Assembly: GCA_965198175.1 (NCBI GenBank)
Contig: OZ240245.1
Span: 192,001-256,000 of the forward strand
Length of the DNA: 64,000 bases
Direction of reading: 5' to 3'
Source of the DNA: Candidatus Poribacteria bacterium
Lineage (GTDB): Bacteria; Poribacteria; WGA-4E; PCPOR2b
In this document: in pieces, positions 11,069 through 23,530 of the stretch
Position numbering within the stretch: the stretch's first letter is position 1
Layout of the letters: every line of letters begins with the position of its first letter
Translations under genes and position numbers: made by a program
Notes under the pieces: model-generated
The model's database searches: none
What the model was told of the DNA's origin: nothing
Seen by the model: the letters and a program-made list of their open reading frames with translations, nothing else

Positions 11069-12172
11069 TCAGAATTTCAACCCCAAGCTAACTCGGTGCG
11101 CCCGTTGCAGATGCCCAAAATCAGCAAACGCATAATCGAGAGAAAGCATTGTTGCGGCAAAATTCATGTGGATACCCAAGCCGAGCGTAAGCCCCTCTTC
11201 ATCATCACTTCGTTCAGCGCCCAAGCGGAATTTATAACCGCCACGGAGGGCTACCATCTTTTTGTACCAATACTCTAATCCGAAATTTATCCGTTCGCTA
11301 TTGTCATTCGGATGGTTGCCATCAAGTACGATGGTGACGAGGTTTTCGCTAGTATCAATCAAATCGTAGGCGATGCCGAGGCGGAAATTGGACGGCAACG
11401 GAAATTCCACAGTTTCTAACTCAGCCTTTCGCATCGGATTCGTGGTATCTGGATAGGGGCGGTAATCCGCGTTTCTCGAATCTCCGGCTACCTCGGCTCC
11501 GGTCTCAAGGTCTGGACCGCTGAAACGCATTTCGGCTCCAAAGTTTGAGAAGGACATCCCGATGCGTAAACTTCTCCAGCCAGTGTGGTACAAGGTCCCA
11601 ACATCAACGGCAACCCCTTTGGCACTCTCCCGATGAATCTGCTGGTGGATGTATTTGGCATTGATACCGAAGGAGAGGCTGACCCCCGATTCTTTTTCGT
11701 AGAGTTGTCTGGAATACGCCACCGACACCGCCGCATCCCATGCCGAGAACCAGAGCCCCGTCCCATCCGGCTTTGCAAGGGTTGTGATTTCCATATCCGG
11801 GACGTTGAGGAATGTAACGCTTGCGCCCAAGGTGCCTACCTTTTCTATAGGCGTAGCGAACGCGAGGTAGTTGTATCGGATGTCGGCGAGCCATATCGTA
11901 TGCGTGTCTGAAAAGCTGGTCTGTTTGAGTTGGCTTAGCCCGGCTGGATTCCAGTAGATGCTAGTAACATCGTTGGCAAGCCCTCCAAACGCGCCTCCTA
12001 AACTGTCGACCCGCGCCCCGGGACCAATTTTCAGAAACTGTGCACCGGCAGTGCCGACATTGGTGGTCGCATCACTTGGAACTGCCCATAAAAACGTAAC
12101 GATAACTAAGAGAATAGAAATTATCGAGACAAATTGCCGCAACGCTTGATACTCAAAAATGGTATTGTGCAT
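11069..12172 (-). CDS. PorV/PorQ-family (UPF0164, FadL-like) outer-membrane protein
   Basis: 'AQFLKIGPGAR..SLGGAF...ND.TSIYWNPAGL'; C-terminal 'HRVSLGLKF'. Confidence 0.88.
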   Translation of the reverse strand: MHNTIFEYQALRQFVSIISILLVIVTFLWAVPSDATTNVGTAGAQFLKIGPGARVDSLGGAFGGLANDVTSIYWNPAGLSQLKQTSFSDTHTIWLADIRYNYLAFATPIEKVGTLGASVTFLNVPDMEITTLAKPDGTGLWFSAWDAAVSVAYSRQLYEKESGVSLSFGINAKYIHQQIHRESAKGVAVDVGTLYHTGWRSLRIGMSFSNFGAEMRFSGPDLETGAEVAGDSRNADYRPYPDTTNPMRKAELETVEFPLPSNFRLGIAYDLIDTSENLVTIVLDGNHPNDNSERINFGLEYWYKKMVALRGGYKFRLGAERSDDEEGLTLGLGIHMNFAATMLSLDYAFADFGHLQRAHRVSLGLKF

Positions 12173-12216
12173 GTGCTTCTCCTGAAGAGTGCGCTTCCAG
12201 GGCGCGTTCCGCTTTG

Positions 12217-15200
12217 TTATCGAATAATCGCAAACCGACTAATCCTATTTCCGACAACAGCGTCGCTTTCATCGCGCGCCTCAACATGATAGATGTAGAC
12301 GCCGCTGGCAAGGGCTTGATTGTAGAGATTTAGGAGCTCAAACGTTTCTGTGCCGCCCTTATCGCCCTGTGCTAAACGCTCATCCGGACTGAAGGGTGCG
12401 GTGTGTTCGTGCTCAATTTCTCGTACTAACTCACCCGCCGTCGTATAAATCCGAATCGTACATTTCGGCGGAAGGTGCGTGAAAAAGATTCTATCCGTCC
12501 CTTCAGCAGTCACAGCCCGGTTGGTGACGAAATAGGGGTTCGGCACGACGCGGATGCGCCCTAGATCCGCTTCGATGTCTTCAGCGGCGAGCGTTTCTTC
12601 ACCCGTCTTCAAGAGCACCACGTCACCATCCCACGGGGCACTAACACCGCCCATTTCAACCATGAATACATCCCCAGCGGAGATTTCATGGTTGGGATCT
12701 TTGATGAAGACGTACCCACCCCGAATGTAAATCCGAAAAAAGTCCGGTGTGTCTTCCCGGCTGTATGTATCACTCCAACCTGCACCCGTCAGAATTGCGT
12801 ATCCGTCGGCACGCTGGTCGTTGAATTGAATGTCTTCGCCCGTATCTTCGTCCACCACTTTGACGTGTGTATCGTCGATAAACGTGATTGAATAGGTATG
12901 CGGGCGGTAATACGTTGCCCAGAAGATGTTGGGCCAAGTGTTCTCTCCGGCACCGGGAGATTGGATATCCACACTCCAGCCCGTTACTGTACCTTCGATT
13001 AACTCAACGTTGTTAATCGAGTTTTCGGTTGGACTCTCGTAGGACACGTCTACCCCCTTTATCTTCAAGACGATTCCGTCAAACATCGGGGAGAGCGCCT
13101 CAACAGCCTCGCTGTGGTCCGGGTCATACCACCCAAACGCTTGCTGCTCCACTACCGTTTGATTTGTTGTCATGTCAATAATCCCATAAGCGGGTGGCTG
13201 ATATCCGGGGCCTGTGATATACGCACCGGGACCTGTCTGTTGGGCACCCTGCCAGACGATTTGATATTGATGTCCCGTTACCTCGTTTGGTGCAAGCACC
13301 ATCGGTTCAACGGTGACAGTCCCCGTCCGACCGGAAGACGTTTCCACTATATCAGCAGTGGCTCCTCGATACCCCGCGGGTTGCGCGCGCGGAATAACAT
13401 GAACCATCGTCTCAATCTGGCTGCTCTCCATCGCGATAAGACCCGTTTTTGGGTTGCCTGTATCATAAGACGTAACCGCATAGGTGTATTGAATCCCGTT
13501 AGTCAACCCTGCGTCAGTGTAGAAATTTTTGATGCCCGCATCTTCACCGAGCGACATTGAAGGCGTAGAAACAACACGGAAGATATCGCCCGCCACAGGG
13601 GGACCTGAGGGACCGTCCGTAATTGCTACATACAAACCCCCGAAGTAAATTAGCGCACCCGAGCGATAGGTTTCATCAGGATACGATTCACCCGTATTCG
13701 GATCTTTCACGACAACATATCCCTCACCATCCGCTGGGAATTCGGGGTTATACGCCATAACCTCCCAGAGCGTTGTATTAACCACCTCAAAGGATGTGCT
13801 GGAATTGAATTGGATTGCGTAAACCGCGTTTTTGAAGAAGTCAGCAAAAAACGGTTCATCGCCCATGCTTTCAATGGTAGCGTCCGACTGTTTACCGACA
13901 TGCGCGACCGTGAAGAAATTACCGGTTGCGCTTGGTTTATCAAACTCCGCCAGCATTTTCCAATCTTCAACGGGGTTGCCAGTAGATGGATCATAGGACG
14001 TATCTCGCCGGTACACTTTATAGCCCTCAAAAACCTTCTCCGGGTCGGTCACATCAACATATTCTTCGATACTTTTACTGACACCTTGGTTCACCCAGCG
14101 CCCAGCACTTTCCCAGATGAGCGTCACTTGTCCATCGGCGGGATAAGCCGTTACCTGCGGGGACGGCGGCGGTGCCGGTGCAACATACCCATCGTCATAC
14201 AACTTCTGCGCCCAGTCAGAAGACGCTTGCAAGCCCTCAAGTCCTTCACCGATAGCCACTGCCGTGATGACGGTAAACTCTTGCCCGGGAGCAATCGATT
14301 CTACGGGACCGTAGGACTGGATAAAGCGTTGGTCGTCGTAGTTTGCGGGAAGCGGTTCAACACCAGGGATGCTGATTAAAGCGTACTTTTCCGCATCAGT
14401 CGTTGGATCGGTGGATATCGTAATCCGCTTGTGCGCTGCAAAAGGAATTCTTGCCCCGGCACCCTGTGGATTGCCCCCCACATACGCATCTAATACCCGC
14501 AAACCGATGTACCCGGTCGCAGATGCATTGGAGAAGCCGTAAGAGAGGTAACGGTTTGGGTGCGCTTCAGGGCTGAGAGCGTCCGGTGTCTCATCCAGCG
14601 CAACGAAGTCGTCTGCGGAGTAACTTGCCGTGCCCGTTTCGTTGCTAGAGATGTCCACGTCGTACCGGAACGCCATAAATAGGTCTTCGAGCGTCTCGTT
14701 CCCAACATTTTTGACCTTATATTCGAGAATAAAGAAATCGTAGAGCGGTGCATAACTCCATTGGAACCCGTTGACTTCAAGCTCTAACCCGAGAATCAAT
14801 CCCTTATTCGCTTCAGGGTTCGTGTCCGTGCATTTGAACCGAATCGCTTGGCTCGTCGGCGTTCCTTTTGTTGTTACACCGGGCTTGTTGGAAATCACCT
14901 CGGGCACATCGTCAGTGGGCCAGATTTCACTTTGTCTGCCATCTGATTCAGAAACGCCAACCTCGCCGCCTTTTTTGGCACCGATCCAGATATCGCCTTC
15001 AAAGATGTAGGAATCGTTCGTTCCCGCGGGCCACCATCCTGAAGGGTTTGCGGTTGGGTTGCTGGGGTAGCCGACAACTGCGGTGTTGTAAACAGCAGAC
15101 GATAGATTGCCTACATCAAGTGCCTTCCAATCCACGCCAGCCATCACCGGCAGAATTGCTATGATGGATAGCACAGACGTAATCAATGCCAGTTGGCGTC

Positions 15201-15222
15201 TGCCGTGTCTTATAGGTTTCAC
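12217..15222 (-). CDS. Large secreted protein with FN3-like segment and FlgD/T9SS-type C-terminal sorting domain
   Basis: 'APAPPPSPQVTAYPADGQVTLIW'; C-terminal 'IRVVPNPY..IFFTHLPPKCTIRIYT.AGELV..LASGVYIYHV'. GTG start at 15222 after GGAGG. Confidence 0.8.
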   Translation of the reverse strand: MKPIRHGRRQLALITSVLSIIAILPVMAGVDWKALDVGNLSSAVYNTAVVGYPSNPTANPSGWWPAGTNDSYIFEGDIWIGAKKGGEVGVSESDGRQSEIWPTDDVPEVISNKPGVTTKGTPTSQAIRFKCTDTNPEANKGLILGLELEVNGFQWSYAPLYDFFILEYKVKNVGNETLEDLFMAFRYDVDISSNETGTASYSADDFVALDETPDALSPEAHPNRYLSYGFSNASATGYIGLRVLDAYVGGNPQGAGARIPFAAHKRITISTDPTTDAEKYALISIPGVEPLPANYDDQRFIQSYGPVESIAPGQEFTVITAVAIGEGLEGLQASSDWAQKLYDDGYVAPAPPPSPQVTAYPADGQVTLIWESAGRWVNQGVSKSIEEYVDVTDPEKVFEGYKVYRRDTSYDPSTGNPVEDWKMLAEFDKPSATGNFFTVAHVGKQSDATIESMGDEPFFADFFKNAVYAIQFNSSTSFEVVNTTLWEVMAYNPEFPADGEGYVVVKDPNTGESYPDETYRSGALIYFGGLYVAITDGPSGPPVAGDIFRVVSTPSMSLGEDAGIKNFYTDAGLTNGIQYTYAVTSYDTGNPKTGLIAMESSQIETMVHVIPRAQPAGYRGATADIVETSSGRTGTVTVEPMVLAPNEVTGHQYQIVWQGAQQTGPGAYITGPGYQPPAYGIIDMTTNQTVVEQQAFGWYDPDHSEAVEALSPMFDGIVLKIKGVDVSYESPTENSINNVELIEGTVTGWSVDIQSPGAGENTWPNIFWATYYRPHTYSITFIDDTHVKVVDEDTGEDIQFNDQRADGYAILTGAGWSDTYSREDTPDFFRIYIRGGYVFIKDPNHEISAGDVFMVEMGGVSAPWDGDVVLLKTGEETLAAEDIEADLGRIRVVPNPYFVTNRAVTAEGTDRIFFTHLPPKCTIRIYTTAGELVREIEHEHTAPFSPDERLAQGDKGGTETFELLNLYNQALASGVYIYHVEARDESDAVVGNRISRFAIIR

Positions 15223-15513
15223 TTTTCCTCCTAAATTGAGGTAAAGATACTTCTCTACATTATTGCGAAGGGCAATTCCGCCTACATTGTCCCAATAGGG
15301 CACGTTTCAGTTCAACTGCCTTTTTAGAGCGGAAAGTTTATGTTTTGGGTTGGGTGCCACAATAAATGAATCTGTTCTCGCTTTCATTTGGCGATTCTGA
15401 TGGATTCGTTTTCAATTTTTGCCTCACTTCCATTATCAAGATGATTATAGCACATCTTACGAGTTCCCTTCCATTAAAACCCTTCAGATCTGCTCCACAC
15501 AGTGAACGCGTTT

Positions 15514-17439
15514 TCATGGGTAGAGACTATAGACCTTCATGCCGAATGCGACGCCGATGAGGCTCCAGATCCCCCAAGCAAGGAATTGCCCCAGAATGAA
15601 GCCCAGAAAAAGGGGCAACGCGCGACGATAGGCGCCAATCCCACCCCCTTTAAAGATAAGCCGCTTGAGTAGCCAACCGCAAAAGATAGAGAACCACATA
15701 CCACTAATGCACCATCCATACGAAACGGCGAAGCCTACAGGGTAGAACGACCACCAGAGAAATCGACGCTTTAGGAACGCAAGCAAGATTGTGAAGAAGA
15801 AACCAAATCCAAATCCACGAATCTGGCGAATGCTAGGGTCGCGCGGATGGGAAATCCAACTCGAAAGAAAATGGAAAGGGGCTATAGCGTCCAATCCCTG
15901 TCTGTAGTGATACTGATAGTAAAGGACGATATGCGCGCCAATAGCTATCAACGATCCAACGATGCCGGCAAAAATCATCGCCGCGACGAGGCGATTATCC
16001 CGTATCCCCAGCGCTGAACCAATCTTGAATCCTTCGAGTTGGTGGGGCATCGGATGAGAGCGGTAGCCATAGGCGAGCCATTGAAGGAGTGTCGTCAGGG
16101 AAAGGCTTTTTGCACCGACAACACGTGTCCCTGCAAACATGATGATAAGGCGATCTGGAAGCGCGTCATGAAGCTCATGCGTGGGTGGACCTAACTCTGC
16201 ACGCATACGCGCCATAGCGATGCAGAGGAGGAAATGAATGATAAAGTAGAGTGACGCCACCCAGTATGGGAGACCTGCAGCGTGCCAGAAAGCAAGCATG
16301 ATGAGAAACCCGCCGATTCCCCCATAGATTGCGAAACGGTACAGGGGCTCCTGCTCTGCCGCTTTCTGGCTTCTGCTGAAGAGTCCACGGAGCATTTGCC
16401 AGATATGATGTCGACCGGTCCAGAGTGCAATAAATCCAATTGCAAGCCATGCGCCGGCACGCTGTTCTCCATGCCACCGGTCGAGAGGACGCCAACCCAT
16501 TGCCGCGAAAACAACATGCTCTGCTTTCCAGAAAAGAAAGAAGAACCAGAGCGAGAAGGAAAGTCCGAGCGGCATCAAGTAACCCACTCCCACCGCGAAA
16601 AGATAAATCTTCATCGGAAACCACGAGATAGCATTCCACGGTTTCTCAGTCATGTACTGAGCAATTTCAATGTCCTTCAGCGGGAGAGCGGGAATCCAAG
16701 GATAGAGATAGTTTAACCCTGCAAACACCTCGATAGTCAGCGCCACAGCGAAACCAATCCACGTGAGCCTGCTAGAGAAGACCCCCGCCGTATCACCAAT
16801 TATCTCAATGGGAAGTTGCGCAATCGGGTAGTTCAGTCTCTCATGTTCTATCCACTGCCTTCGGAGCACGATGTTGATACAGAGCGTTACAAAGAGGAAG
16901 ATACTAGTGAAGATAGACCACGCAACGAAAGGCTTAAGCCACGACAGAACAATGAACCGTTGCCAGAAGGGCTCTGTGCCGGGTTCATAATACCCCTGAA
17001 GCACGGTGCGATCAGAGATAGTCAGCCAGTTAGGGAGATAGGCGTGGAAAAGTTTCGCCCAGTCGTTCTCAGGTGTCGCAAGCCAAAACCCGTTGATGGT
17101 CGTTGGGACGAGTTGGCGGGCAATGTCACGTCCCGAAAGCGCCGTGGCAATGGAAATCATGACGTAGAGCGTTGCAAGTTCGGGTCGTGTCAGTGCAAAG
17201 CGGGGGGCGAAGCGTTTTATTCCGTGATTGATCAGCGCAAGCATAAACAAGGTGAACAGCACCGTTGGAAAGAATGAGAAGACCGTGACTTCCCCAACAA
17301 CGCGGTGCTCTGCCGCGACAATCCAGTAAACATTGAAAAAAATTAGAGGCGCCCCAAATCCGAGCACCCGGGCAATAAAGCGGAATGTGCTAGTTGTGTC
17401 GGTAATAGCCGGATTCTTTGTTCGAGACGCTGAAATCAT
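15514..17439 (-). CDS. DUF6785/DUF6784-type OPT-superfamily-like membrane transporter, paralog 1
   Basis: Many TM segments; 'RRQWIEHERLNYPIAQLP', 'RMRAELGPP', 'HPMPHQLEGFK', 'LPLFLGFILG'. Confidence 0.8.
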   Translation of the reverse strand: MISASRTKNPAITDTTSTFRFIARVLGFGAPLIFFNVYWIVAAEHRVVGEVTVFSFFPTVLFTLFMLALINHGIKRFAPRFALTRPELATLYVMISIATALSGRDIARQLVPTTINGFWLATPENDWAKLFHAYLPNWLTISDRTVLQGYYEPGTEPFWQRFIVLSWLKPFVAWSIFTSIFLFVTLCINIVLRRQWIEHERLNYPIAQLPIEIIGDTAGVFSSRLTWIGFAVALTIEVFAGLNYLYPWIPALPLKDIEIAQYMTEKPWNAISWFPMKIYLFAVGVGYLMPLGLSFSLWFFFLFWKAEHVVFAAMGWRPLDRWHGEQRAGAWLAIGFIALWTGRHHIWQMLRGLFSRSQKAAEQEPLYRFAIYGGIGGFLIMLAFWHAAGLPYWVASLYFIIHFLLCIAMARMRAELGPPTHELHDALPDRLIIMFAGTRVVGAKSLSLTTLLQWLAYGYRSHPMPHQLEGFKIGSALGIRDNRLVAAMIFAGIVGSLIAIGAHIVLYYQYHYRQGLDAIAPFHFLSSWISHPRDPSIRQIRGFGFGFFFTILLAFLKRRFLWWSFYPVGFAVSYGWCISGMWFSIFCGWLLKRLIFKGGGIGAYRRALPLFLGFILGQFLAWGIWSLIGVAFGMKVYSLYP

Positions 17440-17515
17440 CCTAAACCGTTTCGTCAGGTAATGAAGAGGTTAGATTCAGGGGTCTGAAATACGTTCACAC
17501 TAAGTCTAAGTTATC

Positions 17516-17722
17516 CTAGCCGCCTTGAACTGCATGAACAATCTCAACCTCGCTTCCGGGATGGACGACCGTCTCCTGCCACTGTTTTCTGGAAATTAAC
17601 TCCTGATCGATGGCAACGGCAACTCCTGGTTGGACTGGATCGATTTGCAAATCTAAAAGTAATTGATAAAGCGATAACTCCTGCTCAACTGTCTTGACTT
17701 CGCCATTCACTCGTATATCCAT
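17516..17722 (-). CDS. thiS: Sulfur carrier protein ThiS
   Basis: 68 aa ending 'VEIVHAVQGG'; in thi operon. Confidence 0.95.
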   Translation of the reverse strand: MDIRVNGEVKTVEQELSLYQLLLDLQIDPVQPGVAVAIDQELISRKQWQETVVHPGSEVEIVHAVQGG

Positions 17723-17742
17723 TGATTCTTTCCGTTGGACAC

Positions 17743-17833
17743 GTTCAACCGACCGAATAGGGAGGGATCAAGCGAGCGAGTAGCGAGCGCGATAGTCTTC
17801 GCTGGCGATCCGCCCCTATGAGCTCAGTTGATC
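17743..17833 (+). repeat. Tandem-GA hairpin repeat cluster (two forward, one partial reverse)
   Basis: GTTCAACCGACCGAATAGGGAGG; GATCAAGCGAGCGAGTAGCGAGCGCGATAG; reverse remnant AGCTCAGTTGATC. Confidence 0.8.
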
Positions 17834-17838
17834 CTTTT

Positions 17839-18990
17839 TCATGAAAACCTTGACAACTGAAACGGTGCGATGACTTCTGAGGTTTGACCGGTCAAGACGA
17901 GTGAAGCAATTTCACGAGCGGTCACCGGCGCCAGAAGAATGCCGTTCCGATAGTGTCCAGTCGCCATAACCAGATTCTCAACAGCCGTTTCACCGAGGAT
18001 GGGGGCGTTGTCACGGCTTCCCGGACGCAATCCGGTCCACGTCTCTACAATGGGGAGATCGTAAACGCCAGGAACGGCTTCCCAAGCGCCCCGAAGCAGC
18101 TCGAATAAACCTCCAGCGGTCAGTCGGGTATCGAATCCCATTTCTTCGTTTGTCGCTCCAATTACCAGACGCCCATCATTCTTGGGGGCAAGATAGACAT
18201 CCGTCAGATACTTCGCACGAATCGTGCGAATCACCTTTTCGAGAATAACTCCTGCTTCCATCTGTAGCGCGAGTATTTGCCCCTTGACCGGGCGTAGAGG
18301 CGGTTTCACAATTCCCGGCAACCCTTCAATCTCGTTAGACCAGCATCCGGCAGCGAGCACAATGACATCGCCATTGTCCAGAACCCCTTCGACCCAAACC
18401 CCACGCGCTTTTACATCTCGAATCTCAATTTTCTCGACGGGCATGTTTTCATACAGACTTCCTCCCGCTCTCTGATACGCTACAATCAAGGCTTCAACCA
18501 TCAAGCGGTTGTCAACCTGATGGTCACTTGGGCTGAAAATCGCGGCGGTGACTTTCGGGGAAAGCAACGGTTCCATCTCCCTCGCTTCAGAACCAGTGAG
18601 CCATTTGCACGGGAGATTCAAGAATTGTTGGGATTCATACAGATGCTTGAGTTCACGGGCGTCATCCTGGTCTAAGCCGACAATTAACGTCCCCTCTGTC
18701 CGGTAGCCGACGGACATCCCACTATCCGCCTCCAATGCCTCAACCCATTCCGGATACAGCTGAAGACTGAGATTGCCCAATTGAAGGAGCGCTTTCTCTT
18801 CAAAGTGAACCTCGGCGAGCGGGGCTAACATCCCCGCGGCTGACCACGATGCCGAACGTCCTGCGTAATTTCGCTCATAAATTGATACGCCACAACCTGC
18901 CTTTGCCAGTTGCCATCCGATGCTCAGCCCAATCACGCCACCGCCGACGATAATCACTCGTGGATCTGAATGTGGCTTGTGGGTTTGCAT
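17839..18990 (-). CDS. thiO: Glycine oxidase ThiO
   Basis: GGGVIG FAD motif; 'ASWSAAGML', 'GLRPG', 'TGHYRNGILLAP'. Confidence 0.95.
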   Translation of the reverse strand: MQTHKPHSDPRVIIVGGGVIGLSIGWQLAKAGCGVSIYERNYAGRSASWSAAGMLAPLAEVHFEEKALLQLGNLSLQLYPEWVEALEADSGMSVGYRTEGTLIVGLDQDDARELKHLYESQQFLNLPCKWLTGSEAREMEPLLSPKVTAAIFSPSDHQVDNRLMVEALIVAYQRAGGSLYENMPVEKIEIRDVKARGVWVEGVLDNGDVIVLAAGCWSNEIEGLPGIVKPPLRPVKGQILALQMEAGVILEKVIRTIRAKYLTDVYLAPKNDGRLVIGATNEEMGFDTRLTAGGLFELLRGAWEAVPGVYDLPIVETWTGLRPGSRDNAPILGETAVENLVMATGHYRNGILLAPVTAREIASLVLTGQTSEVIAPFQLSRFS

Positions 18991-19149
18991 CCTTTTTCTC
19001 ACTGTGAACGAAACACGAATCGTGAACAGCAAGTCCCAGGCAGTCGTCTAAACTGCTTCTTGAAATCGTGAACTTTGAGTTGCGATTTTCTCACGCCTCA
19101 CATCAATGATGTTTTTTGACGTTTGACCCGCTCCACTCGGTTCAATTGA

Positions 19150-21075
<1,926 letters not shown>

Positions 21076-21110
21076 CTATTCCTCCTGTCAGTAGGGAAAC
21101 AATACCGATC

Positions 21111-21145
21111 AAAAAAAAACCGTCTTCCAGCATAAGGAAAACGGT
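21111..21145 (-). terminator. Intrinsic terminator in thiC leader (riboswitch expression platform)
   Basis: Minus strand ACCGTTTTCC-TTATGCT-GGAAGACGGT followed by a T-run. Confidence 0.85.
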
Positions 21146-21220
21146 GTCCTAAACAGAAAGGATCCCATCGCATAAGAACGAGGATTTCCGATCTGAATCA
21201 ATATTTGTGGGTTAACTCGT

Positions 21221-21312
21221 GTTTTCCTACGCTGGTATTACCCAGGTCAGGTTCAAAGGGTTTGTTCTCAGCTCTCGCCGACCCTTATAATTTAGAGAGA
21301 GCACCCCTAACA
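21221..21312 (-). ncRNA. TPP riboswitch aptamer
   Basis: Minus strand AGGGGTGC...GCTGAGA..ACCCTTTGAACCTGACCTGGGTAATACCAGCGTAGGAA upstream of thiC. Confidence 0.95.
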
Positions 21313-21407
21313 ACCTATACTGCATGCTATAGTACATCATTTGCAGAAAAAAGTCAAGGAAAAGATAATTCAATCGCCTGCCGCCGTAGAGACCGAAGAA
21401 AAGCACA

Positions 21408-22176
21408 TCACGGCTTCATCGGCAAGATGGTGTTTCGAAGCCCGCCCATCAACGCTTTGATTTCGCGCTCACCTAGCGCAACGTCCAATACGGCGAACTC
21501 GTCAATAATACCCCCGAATGTACCGCCCGTCAAGGATTTGTGCCGACCTCCGATGTGCAAATCCGCAGTACGGGGAAAATAGTGACACACACTCTGCCTC
21601 GACGCTACTTCTGACCCATTTCTGTAGATTTTCATGGAATTTTGGCTCGCGCTGCATACAAAGCCCCAGTGTTCCCACCTGCCCAGAGTATCCAAGGGAC
21701 GTTCCAACCTAATCTGTTTTCCACCAAATTGCCAGTGAATAGCGTTAGGTATGGGCTTATTCCACGGGAAGTGCACGGTGAAGCGATCATCTATGTCGGG
21801 TCTCCAATGACCACTTCGGTTAATTGGAACCAAACTGAAAAGGTCGTGATTTTTGACCTCTTCAAGTTTGACCCATGCCACGACGGTCACTTCGCTACTG
21901 GGAACAGACTTCCCAAAATCAGGGACGACGACTGCATCGCCATCTCCACCAAATTGTAGCGCTGTACCAAACTTGCCGGGGACTCGCTTGGGGTGCTCCA
22001 TCAGGTTCCCATCGTGTCCATTGCCAGACGAATCAGTGGCGATATGGTCGTGGTCATCGTCAAAAAGCCACATGGCGACAATCTTCTCTGGACTGATTAT
22101 AGGGGACTGCTTTGCGCATCCGATTGTAAAGATATAGAAACGCAATATATAAAACACACACTCTATTTAGCTTCAT
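21408..22176 (-). CDS. LamG/ConA-like domain lipoprotein, apparent frameshift in signal peptide
   Basis: 'VAMWLFD..DSSGNGHDG..GKFGTALQF..FGGIIDEFAV'. The ATG 22176 with AAGGAG is out of frame with the main ORF. Confidence 0.8.
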
Positions 22177-22331
22177 TTTGGACATCTCCTTTCGTATGGT
22201 GCCGCATGGTCAATGGCGCGGTCCATAACATAGAATTTAAGATTACGCACATCAAACGCTGTGCACTTGGATTTTGCAACTTTAAACACCTTCGAATCCG
22301 TGGCACCGTAGCAATCCCACAGCAAGTTTTT

Positions 22332-22435
22332 GTAGGTTGGGCAGATCAACTGCGAATAGATCAAGCGAACGAATAGTGAGTGCGATAGTTTTTCCGAAAC
22401 CCAACGATCAAGCGAGCGAATAGCGAGTGCGATAG
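22332..22435 (+). repeat. REP-like element GTAGGTTGGG...CGAAACCCAAC containing and followed by tandem-GA repeats
   Basis: Arms at 22332 and 22395-22405; GA units at 22344 (partial), 22359 and 22406. Confidence 0.85.
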
Positions 22436-22840
22436 AGTCCTCATTGCTGCAAAAATAACGACGATTCCGAACCTCCTATCACTCGCCCGCCTTAAGTATG
22501 ATTAACAAAAACATCTCTTTACTTGACGCTTGATAAATCAACTTATCTACTATCAACGCCTCGGAAGGCACATCCGAGACACACGAGGCTTTGTAACAGT
22601 CGATTGACGAAGTTGAATTGTCGCGCGGGCTGGCAGGGCTGCTGGGTCGTATTATGGATAATAAAAAGATCGGGTTTGCTAACTAGCAATAGGGTTGGCT
22701 TCGTTGCCGAATATGATGCGTTCGCTGGGTTCGTCGAATTGCAAGGCGACTCAATACCGATACTCATAATGGCAAGCGTTGCTCACAATTAAGGACGAAC
22801 AAGATAAGTGGGGGTTAGGAGGTTAAGATTCGTTGAGGCA

Positions 22841-23053
22841 TCAGGCGCGTTTGAAATCTGTCCAATTTATACCTAATTGACGAATACATGCGCGAATTGT
22901 TCCAATTGGCATATCGTTAGTTCCGTGATCAGGAATAACAGTCGCGCTTTCAGTAATGGGGTTGAACCATTTTCGATGAGAGCCTCGTGTTCTGTGTTTC
23001 GTTTCTTGACAACCGAGTTTTTTAAGTTTACGCGACATTTCTCGATATGTCAT
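22841..23053 (-). CDS. hicA: HicA-family toxin
   Basis: 'KLKKLGC...RGSHRKW....TVIPDH...GTIRACIRQLGI'. Confidence 0.9.
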   Translation of the reverse strand: MTYREMSRKLKKLGCQETKHRTRGSHRKWFNPITESATVIPDHGTNDMPIGTIRACIRQLGINWTDFKRA

Positions 23054-23378
23054 AGTGCTCACGATTTAGAGTTGCTTGAAAGACGTAAGGCACGGGCGAG
23101 TCATCAGCCCCTTGTAATTTTGGGGTCATTGTCTGAAACGGGTGAAGTGCTGGTTCTTGTTTTGACTCATGAATAATGTTGTCAGGCAATGTACGTCCCA
23201 AATCTTCATATAGTTCAAATGTTGCGATGAATGCGTCTTTGACATTATTTAGCGCCTCATCTACCGAATGCCCGTCCGTTATCAATTCAGGCAATTCCTC
23301 ACATGTTACGGTATAACCGCCTTCCGGCTCCGGGTTCAACCTCACAGTAATGCAATATACTGTGGTTGGGACGTTCAC
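23028..23378 (-). CDS. hicB: HicB-family antitoxin (hicB-hicA order)
   Basis: 'PEPEGGYTVTCEELPELITDGHSVDEALNNVKDA'; GTG start after AAGGAG; overlaps hicA. Confidence 0.88.
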   Translation of the reverse strand: MNVPTTVYCITVRLNPEPEGGYTVTCEELPELITDGHSVDEALNNVKDAFIATFELYEDLGRTLPDNIIHESKQEPALHPFQTMTPKLQGADDSPVPYVFQATLNREHYDISRNVA

Positions 23379-23530
23379 TGTCAAATCTCCTTTTTGGGTA
23401 GGTTTCGGTATATAAATATGATCTGTTACAATGCCAAAGGCGTACAAATTTGCGTCGCCTTTCGGTGGGGATTATACCATTGGGATCGAGACATTGTCAA
23501 GAGATACGCACGATGCAATATCAAGATTTT

